Source: a virus (Duplodnaviria > Caudoviricetes). Taken from it: a stretch of 34,523 nt of DNA. Of the stretch, positions 25,919 through 34,523 are shown in pieces; the first letter of the stretch is position 1, and each line of letters begins with the position of its first letter. The stretch lies in the IMG/VR virus record IMGVR_UViG_3300023293_000006, positions 1 to 34,523 of that record, one strand, 5' to 3'. The position numbers and the translations under genes were made by a program. The notes under the pieces are model-generated. The model searched no databases. It was given only the letters and a program-made list of their open reading frames with translations, and had not been told where the DNA came from.

Positions 25919-26272
25919 TCAGCCCGCGAGGAGCTGGTTCACCTGGTCGCCTACTTCGATTTTGGCTTCTCGCAGTCGGGTGACGGCGGGCCATTCTCCG
26001 GTGCGGTTGCCGTCCTCGTCAGCAATGAACGCCTGCATGTCCAGCTCCTTGATAGCGGCGTCGATCTCCTCGTTGAGCTTGGTGATCGCCCGTTCGATCC
26101 GGCGGCGCGAGCCACGATTGACCTTGGATCGCTTCACCTCCCCCTCGATCAGTGTGGGCTGGTTGGCTTTCGCTTCCGCGATCTTCGCCTCCAGGTCGGC
26201 CACGGTCTCGTTGCTGTCCAGCTCGATCCCAAGGCCCTTGGCCTCCTCGATCAAATCATCCTTCTTGGCCAT
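25919..26272 (-). CDS. Hypothetical protein with N-terminal HeH/Rho-N-like helical motif
   Basis: KDDLIEEAKGLGIELDSNETVADLEAKI; AAGGAG SD. Confidence 0.65.
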   Translation of the reverse strand: MAKKDDLIEEAKGLGIELDSNETVADLEAKIAEAKANQPTLIEGEVKRSKVNRGSRRRIERAITKLNEEIDAAIKELDMQAFIADEDGNRTGEWPAVTRLREAKIEVGDQVNQLLAG

Positions 26273-26579
26273 TGCCATCTCCTTCTTGCGCCAGGGTGAT
26301 GTTGTGAACGATATCGAACACGACTTGCGCCATGCCCTCACGGTAGAACGCTGCATCGGCCCCCTGGCCCGGCACGCAGCGCGTCAAGTTGACGTAGCGG
26401 TTATACATATCCGCCAGAACCTCGCGCCCGGCAGGCGTCGAGAACACCACCGCGTAAAGCTCGGGATCGAGCCCCTGCTTGACGGGTGCCTGTGCCTCTG
26501 TGCGGCGCATGAGATCGCGCCAGGCGTCACTGTCCGCGTTCTGGAATAGGGCGTCGAGCCCGGTATCACCGTCTGCCAT
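26256..26579 (-). CDS. Bbp19-like head protein
   Basis: YAVVFSTPAGREVLADM...AFYREGMAQVV motif directly after the portal, as in BPP-1-like phages. Confidence 0.7.
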   Translation of the reverse strand: MADGDTGLDALFQNADSDAWRDLMRRTEAQAPVKQGLDPELYAVVFSTPAGREVLADMYNRYVNLTRCVPGQGADAAFYREGMAQVVFDIVHNITLAQEGDGNGQEG

Positions 26580-28188
26580 TCTGTTGCGCCCCCTGCGCGT
26601 CTACGGCCGCTTCCGCCACGTTTGGATCAGCCCCTTGCTGCGCCGCGCCTTGTGCTGCCGCCGCCTTCATCAGCTCGGCCTTGCGCTCCTTGGTGGTGCG
26701 GACCGCCATCGGCACGTTCATCAGGTCGCCCAAGAGTGGTGTGGCTTTCTCCAGGTCCACCTCGAACGCCATGAGCTGATCGCCGCCAATGGCCTTGAGC
26801 ATTTCCATGAAGCGCACAATGTTCTCGACCTCCTGCATGGCCTCGCCCCGAGCGAGCGGGCTTGTCATGCGCACCTCGATCAAGAACTGGTCAATCTGGA
26901 GCCCCTGCGTCGGCAGGATTTGCTTGCTTTCCAGGATATCCACGACGCGCTGCACGGCTGGGATCACGAACTCCGCATAGAGACGGCCCAGACCACCAGC
27001 TTGATCTGCCACCAGCTCGCGGGCACGCTGCACGAACTCGGTCGCGGTGCGGATCGGGCCAGCCTCGGGCGGCAGGCTGTTGTCACCGATCACCTTGCGA
27101 ATGTTCATGTGGAGAGTGTCCAGCACCAGCTCGCCAAAGTCGATCCGTTGGGGATTGTCGAGGCGCTGGAGGCTGGGACCGTCCGGCCCGCCGTTGCGGC
27201 GCACCTTGATGATCGAATAGGGCTTGATCGAGATAGGCCCGTTCAGCCCGTTCTCGGTCGCGGTGTAAACGCCAGCCACGGCCACGGCCACGGCGCGGAG
27301 CGTCAGCTCCACGATCTTGTTGGCGGTGCGGATATCGGGCAACGCGAACAGCACCGGACCCCGCCCACGGTTTTCGCCCGGCAGCTTGGAGTATCGCGGC
27401 GTCACGAAAGGCGATGTGCGGCTCTGGCGTTCGACCAGGCGAGCCTTGTCCGCGCCCTTCTGCCAGAACACCTCGTAGCGGAACGGCCGCTCCTTCTCGT
27501 CATAGTCGCGGTAGACCACCGAGGCGAGCTTGACCATGCCGGGCGTCGGCTTCTCGGCCTCCTCTTTCAGCTTCTCGGGCAATGTTGCGTCTGTCCACTC
27601 GGCCATGATCGCATCAGCGCGGATTTCGTGCCAGAAGAACCAGCGATCCAGCCGCCCGTTCGGCCCCTCGTAGGCGTAGAAGTGCGAGAGAGGCATGGCC
27701 TGAAAGATCACCGGCTCGCCCAAGAAGTCGTCGTTCGGCATCACCTTCATGCCGCCCTGGCCATAGTGCCAGTCGATGTATGTCTCATTGGAGGCGGTCG
27801 GAAAGCCTGGCCCGTTAAACACGGCCTGCACGATGTTGGTGACGGCCTCCAGCTCTGCCTTGGCCTCGTCTTTCGCCTTGCCCACGGCCTCCTTGAAAGC
27901 CTCGTCCGGCATCTGTTTTGCAGCCGGTCCCAGGCCAATCTCAAACCAGTCCTGAAATTGTGGGGTGAAGTCCGAGGAGAGACGGTTGGCGGCTCGGATC
28001 ACCGACACCTGTGGCGTGCTGTCCCAGTTGTAAGCGGCCTTGTTCTGGCCCTCTTTGGTCTTGGTGAAGTTCTCGCGGTCGGGAAACGTCAGCTCCATCG
28101 CCTCGCGGTAAATCTCGTCCGAGCCTTCCTTGTCGCGCTTTGCGGCAGAGATCGCCTTCCACGCTTTGTCGATGGGCCACTGTGCCAC
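26566..28188 (-). CDS. Portal (head-tail connector) protein
   Basis: 540 aa with WDST, GRGP..ALPDI, RTATE and SPLAR motifs of T7/BPP-1-like portals. Confidence 0.9.
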   Translation of the reverse strand: MAQWPIDKAWKAISAAKRDKEGSDEIYREAMELTFPDRENFTKTKEGQNKAAYNWDSTPQVSVIRAANRLSSDFTPQFQDWFEIGLGPAAKQMPDEAFKEAVGKAKDEAKAELEAVTNIVQAVFNGPGFPTASNETYIDWHYGQGGMKVMPNDDFLGEPVIFQAMPLSHFYAYEGPNGRLDRWFFWHEIRADAIMAEWTDATLPEKLKEEAEKPTPGMVKLASVVYRDYDEKERPFRYEVFWQKGADKARLVERQSRTSPFVTPRYSKLPGENRGRGPVLFALPDIRTANKIVELTLRAVAVAVAGVYTATENGLNGPISIKPYSIIKVRRNGGPDGPSLQRLDNPQRIDFGELVLDTLHMNIRKVIGDNSLPPEAGPIRTATEFVQRARELVADQAGGLGRLYAEFVIPAVQRVVDILESKQILPTQGLQIDQFLIEVRMTSPLARGEAMQEVENIVRFMEMLKAIGGDQLMAFEVDLEKATPLLGDLMNVPMAVRTTKERKAELMKAAAAQGAAQQGADPNVAEAAVDAQGAQQNGRR

Positions 28189-28190
28189 GA

Positions 28191-28400
28191 TCAGCCCCCG
28201 AGTGTTTTCTTGAGGCGGTCTGACAGGTTGCCGATCAGCATGTCCCGGCCCCGAGTGCCTGCACCGCCGCCGCCGCCACGTTCGCCACGCTGTTGCGCGC
28301 GCCCGGCTTCCTCGTTTGAGTTTTGCCGCTCACGCCGAGCCTGCGCAGATTGCTTCTCCGCTTCCTTGCTGGCCCCGCCGCCTCCAAACATTCCGCTCAT
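28191..28400 (-). CDS. Small Gly-rich putative virion protein (69 aa)
   Basis: MSGMFGGG...KKTLGG just upstream of the portal; ATGA overlap; GGAGG SD. Confidence 0.65.
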   Translation of the reverse strand: MSGMFGGGGASKEAEKQSAQARRERQNSNEEAGRAQQRGERGGGGGAGTRGRDMLIGNLSDRLKKTLGG

Positions 28401-28861
28401 GGTCGCCTCCATAGATATAAGCTCATATCGCGGCCCGTCGGTGAAAACGCAGTCGCTGGCCCGCAATCTAGCCGAAAACCAAACCATTCGGCAAACCTTA
28501 TCGCTCTTTCGTCGTCAGAGGCCACCCAAGCGCGCAGCTCATCATACACCGCGCCGCTGTTGCGGAAGATCGTGTATAGCCGGAACAGCGGGCGAAGCTC
28601 GGCCGAGGATCGGATTGCGGCGCTGGGATATGATACGAACCAGCCGCGCCGGTTTACGTCGGGCATGATTGCCATGCTGGCCACAAACTCGCCGTGATCG
28701 TCCTCCAGCGTCCAGGCCCACTTAGCCGTCGTCGCCACCATCTCTGGCAAAAACGGTTGAGCCAACGCTTCCGCTTGTTCCTCGGGCCTTAGCCTCTGCA
28801 ACATCTCGTTCAACGTCCTGTTGCCGGTGATCCCCGGATGGAGCATTGCCATAGCCATCAT
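28397..28861 (-). CDS. GNAT-fold protein (T7 gp13/DUF2833-like)
   Basis: LRAWVASDDERAIRFAEWFGF resembles the C-terminal GNAT motif. Confidence 0.6.
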   Translation of the reverse strand: MMAMAMLHPGITGNRTLNEMLQRLRPEEQAEALAQPFLPEMVATTAKWAWTLEDDHGEFVASMAIMPDVNRRGWFVSYPSAAIRSSAELRPLFRLYTIFRNSGAVYDELRAWVASDDERAIRFAEWFGFRLDCGPATAFSPTGRDMSLYLWRRP

Positions 28862-29213
28862 CTCCCTGTGTTCGCCCTGCCCAATCGGCCTTTACCACCG
28901 CACGCGCCGCCGCTCGTCGGTTGCCCCCCTCTTGATCGCTCGATCCCTGGAGGTGGTGCGGCTTGAGATCGAGGTGGAACTCCTGAACGTCGATGCGGTG
29001 CCAGATACCAGCGAGGATCGGCAGCTTGCCGGACACTGTTCGGATGAAGGTCGAGCGGCGCATGTGGATGCGGCCCTTGCTGTCGGTCCTGACCACGCCA
29101 GAACGCGGCCACACGTCGTCGTCATGCACCATGAAGCTGGGCAACATCGCCACGTTGCCTTTGCAGGCGCGCATTAGCGACGGGATGGACAGGTCAAGAT
29201 CGGGTTCGGTCAT
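28722..29213 (-). CDS. Hypothetical protein (3' end uncertain)
   Basis: ATGA-coupled to VRR-NUC; the last 140 nt overlap the next gene. Confidence 0.5.
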   Translation of the reverse strand: MTEPDLDLSIPSLMRACKGNVAMLPSFMVHDDDVWPRSGVVRTDSKGRIHMRRSTFIRTVSGKLPILAGIWHRIDVQEFHLDLKPHHLQGSSDQEGGNRRAAARAVVKADWAGRTQGDDGYGNAPSGDHRQQDVERDVAEAKARGTSGSVGSTVFARDGGDDG

Positions 29214-29626
29214 GTAAGCCCCCATTGTTTCAAAATGTCCTCGGCGTCGGTCACGGATCGCACCACGGCATAAGGCGCACCGGCCCGCGCCAGATCACGC
29301 TGGATATCCTTTTGCGCATCGCTCTGTCGGCTCTTGGCCTTGATCTCCAGGAAGAACGCGCGGCCCTGCCAGATGATCTCGATATCCGGCCAGCCTGCCT
29401 TGGTGCCCAGCTTGCGCGCCTTGGCGATCTGGCGAGCCGCCTCGGGTCCGGCCATGTCCAGCTCGTTCGGGCTGTGGTGATAGATCGCGTCGGCCGGTAG
29501 CGCGAGATCTAGGAGCTGGAGGATCGCCTTGTGGATCGGCCCCTCGCGGTCCTGGCGCGGCGCGCTGTGGTCGCCGTCGGCCTTGTAGAACGCCTGGAGC
29601 TGGGCGGCTGTCATTCGGTCAGCCAT
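29210..29626 (-). CDS. VRR-NUC domain nuclease
   Basis: HHSPNE...GTKAGWPDI...FLEIK...QSDAQ...VVRSV. Confidence 0.85.
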   Translation of the reverse strand: MADRMTAAQLQAFYKADGDHSAPRQDREGPIHKAILQLLDLALPADAIYHHSPNELDMAGPEAARQIAKARKLGTKAGWPDIEIIWQGRAFFLEIKAKSRQSDAQKDIQRDLARAGAPYAVVRSVTDAEDILKQWGLT

Positions 29627-29957
29627 TGGACACCGCCAGGCGCAAGCGCCGATGCGTGCGGCGTTTCTGGTTCTCCAGGTGCGTTACCAGCTCCAGGTGG
29701 TTCGGGTTGCAGCACAAGCGATTGTCGCAGAGATGATCCACCTGCTTCTTGCCATGGATGAAGCCGTGAAAGTGGACGTAGGACACCAGATGCACCGCGA
29801 CGGTCTGGCCATCCAGGCACATGCGGCCATATCCGCCACCGCGCCCATTGCCCGAGGTTGGCCCTTGCCATTCCCAGCATCCGGTTTGCTCGTTCATCTC
29901 AACGCGCGCCATGATCTTGCCGATCACCCGTTCGCGCCTTCCCTGGTCTGGCGTCAT
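29619..29957 (-). CDS. HNH endonuclease
   Basis: CWEWQG...GYG...VHLVSY...VDHLCDNRLCCNPNHLELVTHLEN. Confidence 0.9.
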   Translation of the reverse strand: MTPDQGRRERVIGKIMARVEMNEQTGCWEWQGPTSGNGRGGGYGRMCLDGQTVAVHLVSYVHFHGFIHGKKQVDHLCDNRLCCNPNHLELVTHLENQKRRTHRRLRLAVSNG

Positions 29958-30232
29958 GCTCTATACCCCAACTCCCAACGGCGATACTTCGCCAGGTTCC
30001 TGATCTGGATCGCCATTGTGCGAGCATCACCGCCCGCCTGGTCAAGAAGCGCCACTTGCTGCCCGTAGTGCCGGGCGGTGTGGTTCACGTCGGCCACGGT
30101 CGGGCTGTCTCGCAGCGCCTGCATGATCTGATCCACGGTCACGCCCCGCCCGTGGCCGCGATCTGGACACGTCGGGCAGGTTTCTGGGTAGACCTTGCTG
30201 CACCCGCCGCAGATGAACGTGCGGAGCGTCAT
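29954..30232 (-). CDS. Hypothetical protein with CxxC...CxxC (92 aa)
   Basis: ATGA overlaps at both ends; CGGC and CPTC. Confidence 0.6.
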   Translation of the reverse strand: MTLRTFICGGCSKVYPETCPTCPDRGHGRGVTVDQIMQALRDSPTVADVNHTARHYGQQVALLDQAGGDARTMAIQIRNLAKYRRWELGYRA

Positions 30233-30381
30233 GCCGACACCGCCGCGAAGCATTGCACCGCCACCCCGAGGAGCCCGGCGAAGTAATCCGTCGCCTCGGC
30301 ACACTCCAGCGGCGTGGGATACGCCCCCAGCTCGGGCAGGCCCGGCAGCATGGCAATGGCCCTCCAGATCGCCTCGCTCAT
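30229..30381 (-). CDS. Hypothetical protein (50 aa)
   Basis: ATGA overlaps at both ends. Confidence 0.55.
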   Translation of the reverse strand: MSEAIWRAIAMLPGLPELGAYPTPLECAEATDYFAGLLGVAVQCFAAVSA

Positions 30382-30578
30382 TCTTTCCCCTCCGCTCTGC
30401 GCATCCGGCGAATTGCCCGGTGCATGATCCTGGTTCGCTCGTTCTGATCCCATCCGAGGATCGCTTTTCTTCGCTCGATCCGGCCATCTAAAACCTCAAG
30501 CCGTTGATCTTCCTCGGCTTTTGTAAATCGCTTCCAAGGCGGCGTCACGTCGTCTCGCTGCACGTCGCCCTTCGCCAT
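30378..30578 (-). CDS. Hypothetical basic protein (66 aa)
   Basis: MAKGDVQRDD...; AAGGGA SD after the putative promoter. Confidence 0.6.
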   Translation of the reverse strand: MAKGDVQRDDVTPPWKRFTKAEEDQRLEVLDGRIERRKAILGWDQNERTRIMHRAIRRMRRAEGKE

Positions 30579-30607
30579 TGTTACAATTCCCTTATTTCGT
30601 TCGGAAT

Positions 30608-30637
30608 TGCATACACCTCGCCCCGCTGCACCGTCAA
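30608..30637 (-). promoter_or_regulatory. Putative promoter downstream of terL
   Basis: Minus strand TTGACG, 18-nt spacer, TATGCA; overlaps the terL stop. Confidence 0.45.
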
Positions 30638-32271
30638 GCGAACACATCAAAGTCGCCGTCAGCCTGGAACGATCCCCCGCCTTTTCCGTCAGTCCTGCGC
30701 CCGCCGAGCCGGTCGAACTCACCCACGCCGAGGAAGCCATAGCCAGCCCCGTCGCAAATGTGGCTTTCGTCGTTCTTCGAGGGCTTGTCGGCATAGCGAT
30801 CCTCGCCCGTGACCGCCAGACGCTTGAAGTGCCACGCCCCCATCAGCCCCTTGTGCAACATCGGGCAGTGTCGCTTGTTCAGCAACAGCCCAGGCTTGCC
30901 GTCGATCATCCGCTCGCATGGCCCGGCCAGCGCCGCGATCCGCATCTTCGGGTCTTGCGTCGGAGCGGGTTGCAGGTTGATCCCATGTTGCGTTCGCAGC
31001 CAGTCGAAGCTGGCTGTCTCGAATATCTCGTCACGCTTTCCGCCTGCTGGATCGCCCCACCCTGTGCCAGTCAGCCCTCTGGCCACATGATCCGGGAAGT
31101 GCTTGACCAGCGCCTCACCGACCAGCTCGCCAAATCTCTTGATCCCCATGTCGAAGCACACCACCTCGCGGTGCGCGAGCAATGGCCCCCGAGGATGCTT
31201 CTGGAACAGGAGCGCCGATGGCTGGAGCGTGCCGCCGCCAATGTCTGCCCCGATGAACACCCTCTCGTCAGGCAGGATCGGCAGGTGATCGACGCCATGC
31301 ACCTGGCCGTTGTATTGCGGGACCACGCGCCGCCCGTCCGTCACGAACGTGTAGACGCCCTGGAGATAGCTTTGGATTTCCTCCAGCGTCTTACCTGCCA
31401 GCGCGCGGCCGTAGTAGCTCCGCACTCCAAGCGGGTTTGATCCAGCATCGACGCGGGACAGTGCCACCAGGTTCTCCTGCCAATGGTTCACGATCCAGAA
31501 CCGATCCGCAGCACGGATCACCTCAATCGGACACTCGACCCGGCGCGTCTTGCCTCGATAGTAGATCAGCACCTCGGCCGATGTGAGGCGCACGCCTTGG
31601 TAGTCTGGGAAATTCTCGTCGATGATCTCGGCACCGTTGCCACGCGGCCGCACCTCCAGGACGCCGGGCGGTTGCTGGTGGAAGTGATAACCTTCTGGCG
31701 TCTCGCGGTGGTGCCAGCCATAGAGCCAATGATCTGCGTCCGGCGGGTTGGTGTCGCCCCATATGCCGCTCCATGTGGTTGGCCGCTCGTTCACCCCGAA
31801 CCGGCCCACGCGCTCGGTCAGCCGGGTGATAACTGATCTGGGCACCTCGCGCATCTCGTTGATGAAGGCCCCGGTCAGCTCCAAGGAGAGGAGCTTCTTC
31901 ACGTCCTTTGGCTTGTCGAGCGCGATAAGGTTGACCTCGATCTCCAGGCCGGAGTTGCGCGGCTGGATCATGTGCGTTGCCGGTGATCTCCAAATGATAT
32001 CCCCGAACGCATCCGATGGATAAATCTGTTGATAGGTCACGGCCGTCGTTGATCGCAGCTCGGGCATGGTGTTTCGGATCACCGCGAACCTGGAGCGGCG
32101 CTTGCCGTCCTCGCTGGGCGCTTGCTCTTGGCCTAGATCAAGGATGCGTTGAAGGCTGGGCACCGACTTGCCGGAGCCGACCGGCCCGATGATGAAGCTC
32201 GCAAAGCTGCGATCCTGCTTGTAGGCCCACGCGACTGGGCTCGTCTCGTAGGTCCAGGTTTGGTTTACCAT
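30634..32271 (-). CDS. terL: Terminase large subunit
   Basis: Walker A GPVGSGKS, VIRNT, SLELTGAFINE and DTNPP; nuclease GADIG, GDPAG and SHICDG motifs; GGAG SD before ATG 32271. Confidence 0.92.
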   Translation of the reverse strand: MVNQTWTYETSPVAWAYKQDRSFASFIIGPVGSGKSVPSLQRILDLGQEQAPSEDGKRRSRFAVIRNTMPELRSTTAVTYQQIYPSDAFGDIIWRSPATHMIQPRNSGLEIEVNLIALDKPKDVKKLLSLELTGAFINEMREVPRSVITRLTERVGRFGVNERPTTWSGIWGDTNPPDADHWLYGWHHRETPEGYHFHQQPPGVLEVRPRGNGAEIIDENFPDYQGVRLTSAEVLIYYRGKTRRVECPIEVIRAADRFWIVNHWQENLVALSRVDAGSNPLGVRSYYGRALAGKTLEEIQSYLQGVYTFVTDGRRVVPQYNGQVHGVDHLPILPDERVFIGADIGGGTLQPSALLFQKHPRGPLLAHREVVCFDMGIKRFGELVGEALVKHFPDHVARGLTGTGWGDPAGGKRDEIFETASFDWLRTQHGINLQPAPTQDPKMRIAALAGPCERMIDGKPGLLLNKRHCPMLHKGLMGAWHFKRLAVTGEDRYADKPSKNDESHICDGAGYGFLGVGEFDRLGGRRTDGKGGGSFQADGDFDVFA

Positions 32272-32366
32272 CCGAACAGCTCCAAAGCGGTGGCCCCGAG
32301 CAACCAGGCCCCGGCAGCGCATGACGCCACCAAGACAGCCCGCCCGATGATCCGATATCCAGTCAC
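32265..32366 (-). CDS. Small membrane peptide (33 aa, MTGYRIIGRAVLVASCAAGAWLLGATALELFGW)
   Basis: Not in the track; GTGA overlap with the upstream gene, GAGGAGG SD, stop overlaps the terL start. Confidence 0.55.
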   Translation of the reverse strand: MTGYRIIGRAVLVASCAAGAWLLGATALELFGW

Positions 32367-32623
32367 CGCCCCCTCCTCTTGATCGCCAGATAGTCCACGA
32401 TCCGCTCGCCTTCGTTGCTTCGATCCGCAGTGATCCGCTGCGTCAGGAGGCAGAGCCCGCGTTCGTGCAATCTCATGGCAGCTTCTTTGACCGACCTCGA
32501 CGCGGAACCAGCCGAGCCCCGATGATACACCACCAGGTCGCCGGGCTCCACGCGGTCGAGTGCCTGGGCGATCACCGCTTCCTCGCTGCCCGATGCAATC
32601 TTCTCGATGCGCAGCTCATTCAT
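32363..32623 (-). CDS. Hypothetical phage protein (86 aa)
   Basis: EPGDLVVYHRG...LLTQR...YLAIKR; ATGA coupling. Confidence 0.7.
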   Translation of the reverse strand: MNELRIEKIASGSEEAVIAQALDRVEPGDLVVYHRGSAGSASRSVKEAAMRLHERGLCLLTQRITADRSNEGERIVDYLAIKRRGR

Positions 32624-32850
32624 GGCCTGCGCTCCGGCCAAACCGTGATGAAGCCATCATCTTCGATATCGCAAGGCAAGTCACTTGCGCTCTCTGTGCT
32701 GGCCCGTGAGTGCCCTTGTGCCTTTTCGGCACCCACCATGCCCGAAACACCCTTCTCGGCATCCTGCGGCCGCTCCTCGCGCGGCTGTCGCTGCAAATGC
32801 TCCACGTCGAAGTCACCATTCGCGCGGTGGTGGATTTGAAAGTCATTCAT
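32620..32850 (-). CDS. Hypothetical protein (76 aa)
   Basis: AAGGAG SD; overlaps the terS stop and the next start. Confidence 0.5.
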   Translation of the reverse strand: MNDFQIHHRANGDFDVEHLQRQPREERPQDAEKGVSGMVGAEKAQGHSRASTESASDLPCDIEDDGFITVWPERRP

Positions 32851-33316
32851 CGTCGTCTCCTTCCGGTTGCCATTTAGGGATCGCTTTCAAAGCCTCCCCT
32901 GCTGCTGGCGGGATCACCGCAACGTGGAAGCCGTCGCCAGTGCCGCCTTCCCGATCCTCTCTGCCGTAGCCGTGGTTCACCTCCAGGGCGAACTTTGCCC
33001 CGTTCGATGCCTCCCTGACATACAGCGCTTCCTCTGCAAATTCTGCGATCCGCATCTTGGCGCGTGCGATGATCGGGACAAATGCCGGATCACGTGGCTC
33101 GTCTCCCCTGCCATATGCCAAGAGGGTTTGCCTGGTGGTGTCCAGTGCGAGTGCCAGCCCTGCCATGGTTGGGGGAACTTGGTAATCTTCCTCGTATGGC
33201 TCGCCATCGCGGGGATAGATTTTGCGCTTGCGCGTTCTGCTTTGGAAATAGTCCTCAATCCGATCTTCCAAATCTTCGGGGTCAGTGAAGGCGAGGTGTC
33301 CGCGCATTGCCATCAT
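32843..33316 (-). CDS. terS: Terminase small subunit (P22 gp3-like DNA packaging protein)
   Basis: LEDRIEDYF...PPTMAGLALALDTTRQTLLAY...GAKFALEVNHGY pattern; upstream of terL. Confidence 0.8.
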   Translation of the reverse strand: MMAMRGHLAFTDPEDLEDRIEDYFQSRTRKRKIYPRDGEPYEEDYQVPPTMAGLALALDTTRQTLLAYGRGDEPRDPAFVPIIARAKMRIAEFAEEALYVREASNGAKFALEVNHGYGREDREGGTGDGFHVAVIPPAAGEALKAIPKWQPEGDDDE

Positions 33317-34152
33317 TTTGTCCCTCTGCTTTTTGCGCCCAGCTCTGCGATTATGCGCTGGGTTTCTTCGCTCACCTTGCGCCCCGACCGACCGCTATCA
33401 GCGGGCGGGGAGGGAGGGGCGCTTGAGGCGTTTCGCCTGATATTTTCGGTTCGGCCTACGTCTCCGTCTCCGTTGTCCGTGTCAGTCTCCATATCAGTAT
33501 CAGTTTCAGTTTCCTGTATCAGTTTCACGTGTTCTATGTCCCACAGGTGTGCCACACCGTGTCCTCCCACCGTGTATGACACCGTGTCTAACACGGTGTG
33601 CAGAATTGTGTTCGGCTCGGGCATTTGGTGCATGGATAGGGCGCGGCGCATGGCCGGAACATCGCGCTTTGTTTCCGACGCGATCAGGTTTTGCAGGTCT
33701 TTAATCATCTTGGAAAACGGCGCGCTGTCAGGGTTCCATCCCTCGGCCTTGGTCAATGTTGCTATGACCATCTCGACCAAGGCGTGCAGGCGCAGATCGC
33801 CGCGCTTGACCAGGCGAGTATCGTTGAACACTTTGCAGAACGCAGAGGCCGTGGAAGGGTTGTTCGCCCCTGTGTCATTCCAGAACCACTTAGTGATCCT
33901 GATCTGATCGTCCTTTCCGCGCTCGATCAGGTTGACGCGCTCCATGTCGTCCAGCATGTCCTCGGCCGTTTCCTTTTCCGTCCGGCGATCCGCAGCGAAG
34001 TAGCTGACAGGCAAGCGGAACACGCCGACGCTGTTCCCGTGCGGGCAGGCGATCAAATAAAGGTAGCCGAGACGGCTTGTGTCGTTCTCCAAGGACAGGA
34101 ATTTGTCGCTATCCCACACTGATGTGCCAATCGGTCCATATCTGCGAGACAT
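33313..34152 (-). CDS. Replication initiator (replisome-organiser-like)
   Basis: VWDSDKFLSL...LYLIACPHGNSVGVFRLP N-terminal domain, ETETDTD linker and internal iterons. Confidence 0.75.
   Translation of the reverse strand: MSRRYGPIGTSVWDSDKFLSLENDTSRLGYLYLIACPHGNSVGVFRLPVSYFAADRRTEKETAEDMLDDMERVNLIERGKDDQIRITKWFWNDTGANNPSTASAFCKVFNDTRLVKRGDLRLHALVEMVIATLTKAEGWNPDSAPFSKMIKDLQNLIASETKRDVPAMRRALSMHQMPEPNTILHTVLDTVSYTVGGHGVAHLWDIEHVKLIQETETDTDMETDTDNGDGDVGRTENIRRNASSAPPSPPADSGRSGRKVSEETQRIIAELGAKSRGTK
33542..33600. repeat. Iteron cluster, putative replication origin
   Basis: CACCGTGT at 33555, 33568 and 33580, an inverted copy at 33591 and a variant at 33542, all inside the initiator gene. Confidence 0.7.
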
Positions 34153-34359
34153 TCAAGCCTCCTTTGGCTCAAGAGCCCTGACCAGATCAACAATAGCATC
34201 GCCCTTTGATTTCCACAGGTGATAGCTGGCCCCGCTGGCACGCTTCATCTCTGTTTCGGATAGCCCGGAGCCACCGGCCAAGATGATCTTGACCGCAGCT
34301 CCCAGCACGTTGAGATCAGCAGCCATGACAGGCCCCGCGTTGTGAATGTGCAGGCTCAT
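34153..34359 (-). CDS. Hypothetical protein (68 aa)
   Basis: Abuts the initiator start; ATGA-coupled upstream. Confidence 0.65.
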   Translation of the reverse strand: MSLHIHNAGPVMAADLNVLGAAVKIILAGGSGLSETEMKRASGASYHLWKSKGDAIVDLVRALEPKEA

Positions 34360-34523
34360 GCTTTATCCTTCCACTTGTAGGAAAGCGGGTGACAGCCGGG
34401 CAGGAGCGGCGGGTCCAGCTCGACCAGCTCGCCGCGCAGCTTCTGGAATTTCTCGGGCGATACCTCTGTGCCGTCGTGTAAGCTGTAGCGGCACATGCTG
34501 CCGCCATGCGTCGGGGCGCTGAC
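34356..34523 (-). CDS. Hypothetical protein (72 aa) spanning the junction, 3' part
   Basis: Same gene as 1..178; it ends in an ATGA overlap with 34153..34359. Confidence 0.7.
   Translation of the reverse strand, partial: VSAPTHGGSMCRYSLHDGTEVSPEKFQKLRGELVELDPPLLPGCHPLSYKWKDKA
34397..34523. repeat. Terminal direct repeat (copy 2); circular assembly overlap
   Basis: Identical to 1-127. Confidence 0.95.

Noticed and set aside
26479-28668. Long plus-strand ORFs opposite structural genes (e.g. 26479..28668, 15127..16206, 17178..18338)
   Set aside because: These are shadow ORFs expected in GC-rich DNA. They have unnatural composition and I noticed no promoter/SD unit, unlike 13394..13594.
33481-33600. 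Mini CRISPR array
   Set aside because: Repeats are 8 bp with 3-5 bp gaps inside a coding region, which fits iterons instead.

Overview
This window is a complete, circularly assembled genome of a GC-rich podovirus with a T7/BPP-1-like virion module. It has about 34,396 bp of unique sequence (bases 1-127 repeat at 34397-34523), and the host is probably an alphaproteobacterium (inference). A short AT-rich divergent control region (538-658) drives two arms. The rightward early arm (659-6372) encodes a DUF3560 protein, small ORFs, a RecE-like nuclease and a Sak4-like ATPase. The long leftward arm runs across the junction and encodes a replication initiator with iterons, TerS, TerL, HNH, VRR-NUC, portal, scaffold, capsid, tail tubes A and B, four internal virion proteins, a beta-helix tailspike, an amidase and spanins. 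I recognise no integrase, repressor, polymerase, tRNA, CRISPR or reverse transcriptase. The main candidate for a new system is a 1119-aa putative ejected virion protein carrying ParB-like and RelA/SpoT-type synthetase domains. Just past the synthetase domain, a 66-aa acidic ORF is nested on the opposite strand with its own sigma70-like promoter and strong Shine-Dalgarno sequence, suggesting a virion-delivered toxin with a hidden antisense immunity gene. Other oddities are Russian-doll domain insertions in tail tube B, an apparently deleted lytic transglycosylase, and an 18-bp direct repeat bracketing the head module. All family calls come from motif reading by eye, not database searches.
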